Below, one piece after another: positions 25,770 through 33,966 of a DNA stretch of 40,706 nt. The stretch covers positions 1 through 40,706 of the forward strand of contig DASWYM010000547.1 of assembly GCA_036404975.1 (NCBI GenBank), read 5' to 3'. The notes below the pieces were generated by a model, which had not been told where the DNA came from, searched no databases, and was given only the letters and a program-made list of their open reading frames with translations. The translations under genes were made by a program, and so were the position numbers. Numbering within the stretch: position 1 is the first letter of the stretch; each line of letters opens with the position of its first letter. The stretch is from Chitinophagaceae bacterium. GTDB taxonomy: Bacteria; Bacteroidota; Bacteroidia; Chitinophagales; Chitinophagaceae.

Positions 25770-26523
25770 AAATTAAACGATATACTGGATACAAAATAAG
25801 CCAGCACCGCAGGTATCCGAAATAAGATTCCCTTACGGTATTTTGATATTTAGCCTTTTAGATACAAGTCAAAGCACCTACATTTTCCGGCAGCAACTTA
25901 TACTTTCAATTATCCTGATGGCGCTAACCATAGGATTGGTTCTTTTTTTCCCTTCCGGATCAAGAAGGCAAAGCCCATTGAAAACAGGCCCTATAGAGCA
26001 TTTTATACCCATGTCTTCTTTGCGCTGATTACTGTTGGCAACTATCTTTTGTTTTTCTTCTCCCTGTATTTATATACATAGATATTAAAAAATATATTAC
26101 TACCTTTAGATTAAGCATAACGCCTTTACATCCGTTCGGTATAAAAACTCCCTTCTAAACAATCTTTACTTTTCTATTGGCTTTGATCGATCTAAATGAT
26201 AGTTACACAAACGCACCCTCACGGAAATAGGAAAAGCCTGTTCCTGCAGTGAGCCAGAAAGGCCTCCTTCCTTTTAGTGAATACGTCTATCGTACGCCAC
26301 CCGGAATTCTACTGATCCTGCTACCTCTTGATCTGCACTTAGTAAGCGTATACTCATGAAGATGGATTGAATACCTATTTATTCACCACACTAACTTTAA
26401 ATATATGTACACCTAATAGCATTGCTTCGAGCCGGTACGTTTTATTCTACTGGTGTAGCTTCCTATATCAGGGTTCCAGTCTCTATAACATTCACTCTTC
26501 AATTACTTCAAAAATTAATCAAC

Positions 26524-27915
26524 ATGAAACTACTGCTAACCAGGAACAGTTTCAGCATTAAACTGTTCATTGCCTTCCTGTTTTTCGGCACCCTGTATGG
26601 TTGCCAAAAGACCGATCAAATGTCAGAACTTTCAAAGGCAGAAAAAAGGGTGGCAAAGCCCAGTACGGAAAGCGCCGACTTCGTGTACGAATGGTATAAA
26701 TTCATAGCAGGAATTCAACTGGCAAATCCTGCTGCAGCCCCACCCACTAACTTCCGGAACTTCGCGTACATTGGCGTAGGCCTGTTCGAATCGGTACAAC
26801 CCGGTATTAATGGAGGGTCAAGTTTGTCGCCTAAATTGTACGAAATGCCGGCTATGCCCAAACCGGACATGTCGAAAGACTACCTGTGGAGTGCTTCTGC
26901 CAATGCGGCGCTGTCCCGTTTGTTCCAACTCTTTTTAACAGGCTCTACAGGGCTTACCGCTGCTAATGTAGCCAGCGTTAATGCGCGCGAAGCCGCCAAC
27001 TACAATCAATTCAAGTCCATGGCATCTGAAGAGGTGCTGCAACGTTCGCGCGACTTTGGATACGCCGTGGCCCAGGCTATCTACGACTGGTCCCTCACCG
27101 ATGAATTCACGGCCTCCAGCGCAGGATATATTCCTCCGGTTTTTCCGGGTGCCTGGGTGCCAACTTCCCTTACGCCGCAGGGTGAGCCGGCAATTGCTTT
27201 TGCGTATTTAGGGGAGTCAAGGCCTTTCCTGAAGTATTCCCTGAAAGCGTTGGCGCCTCCTATACCCATTCCTTATTCTGAGGATCCTTCTTCCGCTTTC
27301 TACCAGGCCGCCAAAGAAGTGTACGACATTGGGAATAGTCAGAACCCTGCGCAGATAGCCACCGCTCGTTATTGGGCCGATGTGGGTGGAGTTGGAGTAG
27401 GATATCCAGGACCCCACCACCTGCTCTCTATTGTAACAGAGGTATTGGAGAGTCATCAGGCAGGGCTCTGGAAGGCGGCCGAAGTGTATGCCAAAACAGG
27501 CATCGCCTTGAAGGACGGTCCCATTATTGTCTTCCGGTCAAAATATTACTACAACCTTATTCGGCCTATTACCTACATCAACGAGCATATAGATCCGGAA
27601 GGGAACTGGGCTCCTCTTTTAGCCACACCAGCTTATCCGGAGTATACCTCAGGATTGATGTCTGTTTATGGTCCTGTTATCGAAGTATTAATCAACGAGT
27701 TTGGTGATGTTCCGGTAACGGATGATGTCTATACCTGGAGGGGATTGGCTGCCCGGGAGTATAGCACACTAAGTGAATTGCGCCAGGAAGCTTCTATTTC
27801 CAGGTTATACGGTGGCCTTCACTACCTATTTACACAGGATGTTTCTGTTCAGCTAGGAATAGAACTGGGCGATGAGATAGACAAGGTTACCATCGTAGGA
27901 CCTGAGTACCAGTAA
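26524..27915 (+). CDS. Vanadium-dependent haloperoxidase / PAP2 superfamily lipoprotein
   Basis: Lipobox LYG-C. KYYYNLIRP (Kx6RP), PEYTSGL (SGH variant), SRLYGGLH. Confidence 0.87.
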   Translation: MKLLLTRNSFSIKLFIAFLFFGTLYGCQKTDQMSELSKAEKRVAKPSTESADFVYEWYKFIAGIQLANPAAAPPTNFRNFAYIGVGLFESVQPGINGGSSLSPKLYEMPAMPKPDMSKDYLWSASANAALSRLFQLFLTGSTGLTAANVASVNAREAANYNQFKSMASEEVLQRSRDFGYAVAQAIYDWSLTDEFTASSAGYIPPVFPGAWVPTSLTPQGEPAIAFAYLGESRPFLKYSLKALAPPIPIPYSEDPSSAFYQAAKEVYDIGNSQNPAQIATARYWADVGGVGVGYPGPHHLLSIVTEVLESHQAGLWKAAEVYAKTGIALKDGPIIVFRSKYYYNLIRPITYINEHIDPEGNWAPLLATPAYPEYTSGLMSVYGPVIEVLINEFGDVPVTDDVYTWRGLAAREYSTLSELRQEASISRLYGGLHYLFTQDVSVQLGIELGDEIDKVTIVGPEYQ

Positions 27916-27953
27916 TCAGTTTTCGCCAGGGAATTGATGTCCTTAACGTCTTT

Positions 27954-27987
27954 GCCGGGGGGTTGCCACAGCAGCCCCCGGCTTTTT
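27954..27987 (+). terminator. Intrinsic terminator
   Basis: GCCGGGGG...CCCCCGGC followed by TTTTT. Confidence 0.85.
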
Positions 27988-28120
27988 GACTACCTGTCAC
28001 ACCATATTTACTGATACACCTGGCCAACCGTTTAACCCGGTAGCTGCACGGAGGTTAACGGCTCCCTAATTCTATGATAAAACTCAGCCCCCACCCGTTG
28101 GGTATACCCCCAAGGGCCCG

Positions 28121-28128
28121 TAACTTTG
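28121..28128 (+). promoter_or_regulatory. Bacteroidota -7 element
   Basis: TAACTTTG, 6 nt before the mqnC ATG. Confidence 0.7.
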
Positions 28129-28134
28129 CGCCCT

Positions 28135-29259
28135 ATGACACTGGCAGAGCTTTACGACCGAGCGCTACGCTTCGAGTTCCTGAGTATTGAAGAAGGCATG
28201 TTTCTTTTTGAGCAGGCGCCCCTGGCCGAACTGATGTTCGTGGCGGACGAGCTGCGCAAAAAGCAGGTCCCCCACGGAAAGGTGACCTGGCAGATCGACC
28301 GCAATGTGAACACCACCAACGTGTGCATTGCCAATTGCAAGTTCTGCAACTTCTACCGCATTCCCGGCCACAGCGAAGCCTATATCACCGATATGCCCAC
28401 CTATAGGGAGAAGATCCGGGAGACCATCCAATACGGCGGCGACCAGCTGCTGCTTCAGGGTGGCCACCACCCCGAGCTGGGCCTGGACTTCTACGCCACC
28501 ACCTTTAGGCAGATCAAGCAGGAGTTCCCCACCATCAAGCTGCACGCCCTGGGGCCGCCCGAAGTGGCCCACATCTGCAAGCTGGAGAATAAGAGCCACC
28601 ATGAGGTGCTGAAGGCCCTGAAGGAAGCGGGTATGGACTCGCTGCCCGGTGCCGGCGCCGAGATCCTGGTGGACCGGGTGCGCCGCCTCATCTCGAAAGG
28701 CAAGTGCGGCGCCGACGAATGGCTGGCCATCATGCATGAGGCCCACAAGCTGGATATCACCACCTCGGCCACCATGATGTTTGGCCACGTGGAGACGGTG
28801 CGTGAGCGCTTCGAGCACCTGGTGAAGATCCGCGAAGTACAGGCCAAAAAGCCGGAGGGCGCCAAGGGCTTCCTTGCCTTTATTCCCTGGACCTTCCAGG
28901 ACGTGGACACCCTGCTGACCCGTATCCGCGGCGTGCACAACCTGACCACGCCCGAGGAGTACCTGCGCATGATCGCCATCTCGCGCATCATGCTGCCCAA
29001 CGTGAAAAACATACAGGCCTCGTGGCTCACAGTGGGTAAGCAAACCGCCCAGCTCTGCCTGCACGGCGGCGCCAACGACTTCGGCTCCATCATGATCGAG
29101 GAGAACGTGGTGAGCGCGGCCGGCGCCCCCCACCGCTTTACCTCCCGCTCGATCCAGCAGGCCATCCACGAAGCGGGCTTCGAGCCCCAGCTGCGCAACC
29201 AGCAGTACGAATGGCGCGAGCTGCCCGAAGCGATCGAGGAGCAGGTAGTGAATTATTAG
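28135..29259 (+). CDS. mqnC: Cyclic dehypoxanthine futalosine synthase (CofH/MqnC radical SAM)
   Basis: IDRNVNTTNVCIANCKFC (CxxxCxxC), LLQGG.HP, PGAGAEIL, ATMMFGH, GANDFGS.MIEENVV. Confidence 0.88.
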   Translation: MTLAELYDRALRFEFLSIEEGMFLFEQAPLAELMFVADELRKKQVPHGKVTWQIDRNVNTTNVCIANCKFCNFYRIPGHSEAYITDMPTYREKIRETIQYGGDQLLLQGGHHPELGLDFYATTFRQIKQEFPTIKLHALGPPEVAHICKLENKSHHEVLKALKEAGMDSLPGAGAEILVDRVRRLISKGKCGADEWLAIMHEAHKLDITTSATMMFGHVETVRERFEHLVKIREVQAKKPEGAKGFLAFIPWTFQDVDTLLTRIRGVHNLTTPEEYLRMIAISRIMLPNVKNIQASWLTVGKQTAQLCLHGGANDFGSIMIEENVVSAAGAPHRFTSRSIQQAIHEAGFEPQLRNQQYEWRELPEAIEEQVVNY

Positions 29260-29325
29260 GAGCTGCTAGCTGTCAGATTCTAGCTGCTAGCCTGGTCGCT
29301 TATAGATCAACATACTTTACAGGAC

Positions 29326-29361
29326 AAAGCCCTTAGTACAAGAGACTACTAAGGGCTTTTT
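29326..29361 (+). terminator. Intrinsic terminator after mqnC
   Basis: AAAGCCCTTAGTA...TACTAAGGGCTTTTT. Confidence 0.85.
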
Positions 29362-29420
29362 GTTCATAGGATTTGTACTCTTTCCTGTGATGGCTCCTCA
29401 TTCACCATTCACCATTCACG

Positions 29421-29446
29421 AAAAAACCAGCCTTACGGGGCTGGTT
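29421..29446 (-). terminator. Intrinsic terminator after the glycosyltransferase
   Basis: AACCAGCC/GGCTGGTT stem with a U tail on the minus strand. Confidence 0.75.
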
Positions 29447-29487
29447 CGCTGCTGATGAGTATATGAGAATTGTTAGTTGGTCAACTT

Positions 29488-30855
29488 TCAGGCTACCTTG
29501 AAATCGAAGTGGGGCTCGATGGCAGGGGCCTTCTTCTTGTTCAGTACCGCGGCGATATAGTGGGCGCTCAGCGGGCCGGGCTGGTAGGTGGCAAACTCGC
29601 GGGCCAGGCGGCGCGCATGGTGCTGGTAGGTGTTGTCGGAGAGCACTTGCTCTACGGCTTTACGGATTTGCCTTGCCTTTGGCTTTTCGGTGCGCAGGTT
29701 GACGCCCAGCTTAAAGTAGCCCACGCGGGCACAGATCTCGCTCTTGCCTTCGTGCACCCCGGCCACCACCATGGGCAGGCCGTTCTGTATGCCGAGCAGC
29801 ACACCGCCATAGCCTCCGTTGGTAACATACACATCCACGTAAGGCATGATGCTGTCGAAGGGTATATAGTCCTCGATGATGATGTTGTGGTAGGGGAAGC
29901 GCTCCCTCAGCTCTTCGGTCCGCGCGCCACCGGTGGTCACCACCACGAGGCAGTTGGTTTCTTTAAAAGCTTCCAGGGTTGGCACGATGAGCTTCTCCAC
30001 GTCTTTCTCCACGGTGCCTTGGGTCACGAGGATCACCTTGTCGTAGCGGGCCAGCTTCTCGCTGTACCATTCGGGGGAATGGGAAGCGGTATAGGGCAGC
30101 AGGGGGCCTACGAAATGGATGTGGCGGCCGATGTCGCTGCGCTTGTATTCGAAGCCCGGCGTACCGCTCTGCAGCAGCACCGAGGCCTTGCGGATCATGA
30201 CGTCGAAGATGTTGGAGCCATCGCAGTCGATACCATAGGAAGCGAGCATGTCCTTCAGCGCCTTGTTGGAGCGGGCAAAGAGAAACTTGTCGGCCATAAA
30301 GCGCAGGACATTCTGTTTGGCCCGACCGATCACCGTGTCGGATGGTGTCATGCCCAGGCCCACCGGGGGAAGGTCGACGGAACTGGCGGCCAGCGGCACG
30401 ATGCCGGCGGCAATCACCGGTATGTTCATCACTTCCTTCACCATCGGGATGGCCGTATTGGTGAGGTCGGCGATCATCACATCGAAGGGGAAGTCCATAT
30501 AGATGGCCTTGATGTCTTCGAAGTATTCGGGGCCACGCTTCACGAACGCGTGGATGATATCGTAGTTCAGCTTCGCTACCATACCGGTGTGGTTGTCGCG
30601 GTCGGCAAACACCTCGTTGATATTGGGGCCGGCAAGGTCGAGCGCCTTCACCAGGGGGTAGAAGGGGATGCCCAGCTTTTCGATGCGGGCCTGGTAAGCG
30701 GTGGAAGTATACCAGCGCACATCGCAGCCGATGGACTGCAGGTAGACGGCCAGGCCGGTGAGCGGGGCCACGTGCCCGTCGGCGGGCACCGTGGCGAACA
30801 GCACTTTGGTTCCGGGGGTCAGCGTTTTTAAATCGGCAGGGTGAAGTGGAGTCAT
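29488..30855 (-). CDS. GT1 / MGT-family nucleotide-sugar glycosyltransferase
   Basis: FATVPADGH N-terminus, VTQGT, YIPF...VTNGGYGG...PMV.AG..EGK donor-binding motif. Confidence 0.92.
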   Translation of the reverse strand: MTPLHPADLKTLTPGTKVLFATVPADGHVAPLTGLAVYLQSIGCDVRWYTSTAYQARIEKLGIPFYPLVKALDLAGPNINEVFADRDNHTGMVAKLNYDIIHAFVKRGPEYFEDIKAIYMDFPFDVMIADLTNTAIPMVKEVMNIPVIAAGIVPLAASSVDLPPVGLGMTPSDTVIGRAKQNVLRFMADKFLFARSNKALKDMLASYGIDCDGSNIFDVMIRKASVLLQSGTPGFEYKRSDIGRHIHFVGPLLPYTASHSPEWYSEKLARYDKVILVTQGTVEKDVEKLIVPTLEAFKETNCLVVVTTGGARTEELRERFPYHNIIIEDYIPFDSIMPYVDVYVTNGGYGGVLLGIQNGLPMVVAGVHEGKSEICARVGYFKLGVNLRTEKPKARQIRKAVEQVLSDNTYQHHARRLAREFATYQPGPLSAHYIAAVLNKKKAPAIEPHFDFKVA

Positions 30856-30963
30856 GGCATCTGGTTTAATCGTATGACACCATAAAACTACCGCAGGTTA
30901 CAGGGGGAGGCAAGGAGGAAGTGGATGAATTGGGGGAAGTGGGGGATGGAGTGTTATAGAGAA

Positions 30964-30991
30964 GGGATTAGGAATTGGGAATTAGGGATTA
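30964..30991. repeat. 7-bp array GGGATTA/GGAATTA x4
   Basis: GGGATTA GGAATTG GGAATTA GGGATTA. Confidence 0.85.
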
Positions 30992-31061
30992 GGAAGAGAA
31001 AGGGCTCTTTAGCTTTTTCGTTTTAGATATTGTTGCCGGATGCGCTCCGCTTTCTCCATAC

Positions 31062-31634
31062 CTATTGCAACAGGCTCAGGCCGGCGCGGTCGCGCACCCA
31101 TTTTTCTTTGCTGATGCGGTAAATGACCACATTGATGCCAGACCATTGGGTCTCTTGCTCGCGGGCCATCCCGCACTTCGAGGCGACGCGTTGGGCCCTG
31201 GTGTTGCGCACGTCGATGATAGAGACTACCGAACCGGCGAGGTTGTTTTGAAAAGCGTACTGTAGGAAGGCTCTGGCCGCCTCGGGGGCATAGCCCTGGC
31301 CCCAGTGCTTTTTAAAGATGTCGTAGGCCAGTTCCACTTCTTCCACGCCGTCCACCTCCTGGATGAGGAGGCCGCACTGCCCGATGAACTCCTTTGTCTC
31401 TTTATGGATGAGTGCCTGCAGGCCAAAGCGCGACTCGCGGTAGCGGGTAATCTGCCGTTCGATCCACCAGCGGGCCTTTTCTTCATCCGTGGGGAACTCC
31501 AGGGGCGGGAAGTAAGCCGTAGCTTCCTTGTCGTTGAAAAACGCCGTCCACACCCGTATATCGTCCGGCGTGAGGAAGCGGGTAATGAGCCGTTCGGTCA
31601 GCAGATGGTCTTCGTATTTATAGGGGTTCTGCAT
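31062..31634 (-). CDS. GNAT N-acetyltransferase (RimJ/RimL-like)
   Basis: LTERL, FIGQCGL, WGQGYA.EAA, N..AQRVA.KCGM. Confidence 0.92.
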   Translation of the reverse strand: MQNPYKYEDHLLTERLITRFLTPDDIRVWTAFFNDKEATAYFPPLEFPTDEEKARWWIERQITRYRESRFGLQALIHKETKEFIGQCGLLIQEVDGVEEVELAYDIFKKHWGQGYAPEAARAFLQYAFQNNLAGSVVSIIDVRNTRAQRVASKCGMAREQETQWSGINVVIYRISKEKWVRDRAGLSLLQ

Positions 31635-31648
31635 GACGGTGCATTGGT

Positions 31649-32182
31649 TTAAGGCTGGTTCTCCTCAGGCCCGGGCTCATTGCCGTAGAGCAGCAACTCC
31701 TCTTCACTGTCCGGGAACGTAAAGGTCCTTACAAAAATAAGCCCCAGCTTTTCGAGGAGCTTTATGGAGGGCGCATTGTTGGGCAGGACGATGGCCGCCA
31801 CCTTCTCAATGCCCAGCGCTTCCTTTGCATACGACAGGCTGGCAGAGGCCACCTCGTAGGCATAGCCCCGGCCATTGTAGCCGGGCAGGAAGGCAAAGCC
31901 GATATCGGGGGTCTCCAGGTGCTCGCGCTTCATGATGCCGCACATGCCGATGGGGACGCCCTCTTCTTTCGTTTCCACCAGCCACATACCGAAGCCCTGC
32001 TCGCGGTAGCCTTTCAGGGGCCCGTTCTGCAGGTAGGCGATGGCCTGCTCCTCCGTGCGCACGTGGCGGTCGCCAATGTACTGCAGCCAGCCGGGGGTGT
32101 TCAGCAGCTCGATGATGAAGGAAACATCCTCCAGGCTGAGCGCTCTTATGCGCAGGCGGTTGGTTTCGAAGATAGGGGTCAT
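31649..32182 (-). CDS. GNAT N-acetyltransferase (RimJ/RimL-like)
   Basis: Start MTPIFETNRL. PIGMCG, DIGFAFL, GRGYAYE, N.PS.KLLEKLG. Confidence 0.92.
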   Translation of the reverse strand: MTPIFETNRLRIRALSLEDVSFIIELLNTPGWLQYIGDRHVRTEEQAIAYLQNGPLKGYREQGFGMWLVETKEEGVPIGMCGIMKREHLETPDIGFAFLPGYNGRGYAYEVASASLSYAKEALGIEKVAAIVLPNNAPSIKLLEKLGLIFVRTFTFPDSEEELLLYGNEPGPEENQP

Positions 32183-32222
32183 GTTGCCGGTTGAGGGTCG
32201 TGTCGTGGAAATGGAACGCATA

Positions 32223-32930
32223 TCAATCCTCCGCATAGATATCATATTTCTCAAAAGGCACCCGGCCAAAGTCTTTGGTGGTGCGCACCGTAGTTTGCAC
32301 CTTTTCCAGCTCGGCGGCATGAAAGCTATCGCCACCGTCCTTATGCAGGTACCACGTACTGTCGGCGGGTGAATACTTAAAGGTAATGGTGCGGGTCCAG
32401 CGCCAGCCGCTGCCACCGTAGTGCTCCACCGAGAAGTACCCTTTCTTTATCGCTACATCCATAAAGGGGTCGCCCATCATGCCTCCGCAGTCGATGCAGT
32501 ACACCGCGTTGTCGTTGCGCGCCGCCAGCTGGTAGGTACCGCCGGGCTGACCCAGCAGCAATAGCAGCGGCCGCCGCTCGGGGTGCTCTACCACGTCGGA
32601 AGTCGTTTCCTCGCCGTTCTTCTTCAGCACCAGGGTCATGTCGGGATAAGCATCCAGGTTCAGGTCACCCGGAGTGGTGTCCAGGGCCGTATAGCCTTCG
32701 GGAACAAAGGAGGCCAGGGCCGGCGGCAGCACCTTTATATCCTGGTTGTAAGCCATGTGCTTTATAGGGGTGCCGGAGGTATCGGTGGTCACTACCGAAG
32801 CAGGAGGCGCCGCAGCATCGGCTGTCACCGCTCCACTGTCTTTGAGGGTATGCGAAACCGCCGTGGTGCTGTCCTGTCCACACGAAGCGGCGAAGAAGAG
32901 AAGGAGGAGGAACAGGGGTTGCTTCAACAT
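32223..32930 (-). CDS. Hypothetical lipoprotein with an FG-GAP-like Ca-binding motif
   Basis: Lipobox AAS-C. GDLNLDAYPD, CIDCGGMMGDPF, GGSGWRW. Confidence 0.8.
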   Translation of the reverse strand: MLKQPLFLLLLFFAASCGQDSTTAVSHTLKDSGAVTADAAAPPASVVTTDTSGTPIKHMAYNQDIKVLPPALASFVPEGYTALDTTPGDLNLDAYPDMTLVLKKNGEETTSDVVEHPERRPLLLLLGQPGGTYQLAARNDNAVYCIDCGGMMGDPFMDVAIKKGYFSVEHYGGSGWRWTRTITFKYSPADSTWYLHKDGGDSFHAAELEKVQTTVRTTKDFGRVPFEKYDIYAED

Positions 32931-33029
32931 AGAGCGTCAACAGTTAGTGGCGGTTTAAAACCCCAAATTAGGACATCGTTGCCATTTTTGGGCAAGATTC
33001 CTGAGGCCGGCAGCGGCCACGTGGGATAT

Positions 33030-33148
33030 ACCCATTTGCCCCGCCTTTCTCCCGCCTTTGTCTCGTATATGTCCCGTATATGTTTCGACCTATAAAGGCA
33101 CGGAACATATACGGGAGAAAGGCGACAGAAAGAGGAGAAAACGACAGA
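33030..33148. repeat. Inverted 11-bp-period tandem array
   Basis: CCGCCTTTCTC CCGCCTTTGTC TCGTATATGTC CCGTATATGTT, centre TCGACCT-ATAA-AGGCACGG, then AACATATACGG GAGAAAGGCGA CAGAAAGAGGA. Confidence 0.85.
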
Positions 33149-33171
33149 CATCCGCCGTACCAGCTTGCCCC

Positions 33172-33206
33172 ACTCACTACTCACCACTCATTACTCATCA
33201 CTCATC
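33172..33206. repeat. 7-bp array ACTCAYY x5
   Basis: ACTCACT ACTCACC ACTCATT ACTCATC ACTCATC. Confidence 0.85.
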
Positions 33207-33248
33207 CATCATTGCCGCCGGATTCCTAACTTGTAGTCAAATTAACTT

Positions 33249-33767
33249 ATGAAGCCCCTGCACCTCCTCACCGCCCTGCTCATCACCCTTTGCTGCTTTG
33301 CCCAGCGCGAAAAACCGGTCTCACTGCGCTTTACCGGGCAGTTCGACTTTGCGGTAAGGGGTATGGGGCTGAACGATGCAGGCATGGGAGTGCAAACCGC
33401 CGTATCGTTTTTCGCCCACAAGCGGGTGCAGCTGCTGACCGAAGGTGGCAACCACTGGTACATAGGCGACAAATCGCTGAGGCTGGGCCCCGACGGCAAG
33501 GCATTGCCCAACGGCAGCCTGCACACCCTCCAGGCGGGCCCGCAGGTGTTCCTGACGCCTACCCTGGCCCTCTGCGCCACCTACGGCGTGGCGCTCCACC
33601 GCCACCACGAGCGCGACTATGACCTCGACGAGGGCTACCGCGTGGGCCTTACCGGCTACTTTGGCAATGGGAACAACTTCATCACGCAGGTATCTTGGAT
33701 GCAGGTGCCGGGGCCGGAAGTCACAATCCGGCATTTCGGGATAGGAGTAGGGTACCGGCTGCTGTAA
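33249..33767 (+). CDS. Hypothetical small outer-membrane beta-barrel protein
   Basis: Signal peptide, alternating beta strands, C-terminal FGIGVGYRLL. Confidence 0.7.
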   Translation: MKPLHLLTALLITLCCFAQREKPVSLRFTGQFDFAVRGMGLNDAGMGVQTAVSFFAHKRVQLLTEGGNHWYIGDKSLRLGPDGKALPNGSLHTLQAGPQVFLTPTLALCATYGVALHRHHERDYDLDEGYRVGLTGYFGNGNNFITQVSWMQVPGPEVTIRHFGIGVGYRLL

Positions 33768-33838
33768 GAAGGGATTAGGGACTGGGGAGTAGGAATTAGG
33801 TCGATCAAATGACTCACTGACTCTATGACTTAATGACC
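33768..33838. repeat. Composite 7-bp + 8-bp array (left inverted repeat)
   Basis: GGGATTA GGGACTG GGGAGTA GGAATTA, then AATGACTC ACTGACTC TATGACTT AATGACC. Confidence 0.8.
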
Positions 33839-33901
33839 AAGTACTTACACTCATCACTGATTACTTATCCCTCATCCTATTCCCTCTGTCAGCTTCTACA
33901 C

Positions 33902-33913
33902 TGACAGGCATCA
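33902..33913. promoter_or_regulatory. Putative CRP/FNR-like TGA-N6-TCA site
   Basis: TGACAGGCATCA, 23 nt upstream of -7-like TAGCTTCG (33937-33944). Confidence 0.55.
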
Positions 33914-33966
33914 TTGCATTGGGCTGCCCCATGCGCTAGCTTCGGAGCTTAGCCAAAATAGTTCCT

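Noticed and set aside
24350-26520. Riboswitch or ncRNA in the long intergenic stretches (also 38062-38324)
   Set aside because: No family consensus is recognisable by eye. An Rfam/Infernal scan would be needed.
28135-29259. F420 biosynthesis (CofH)
   Set aside because: The motifs (DRNVN, IEENVV) fit MqnC of the futalosine menaquinone pathway, and no cof genes are present.
31062-32930. Integron-like cassette array (GNATs plus lipoprotein; also 7070-9759)
   Set aside because: Gaps are 12-82 bp with no recurring attC-like structure, and there is no integrase.
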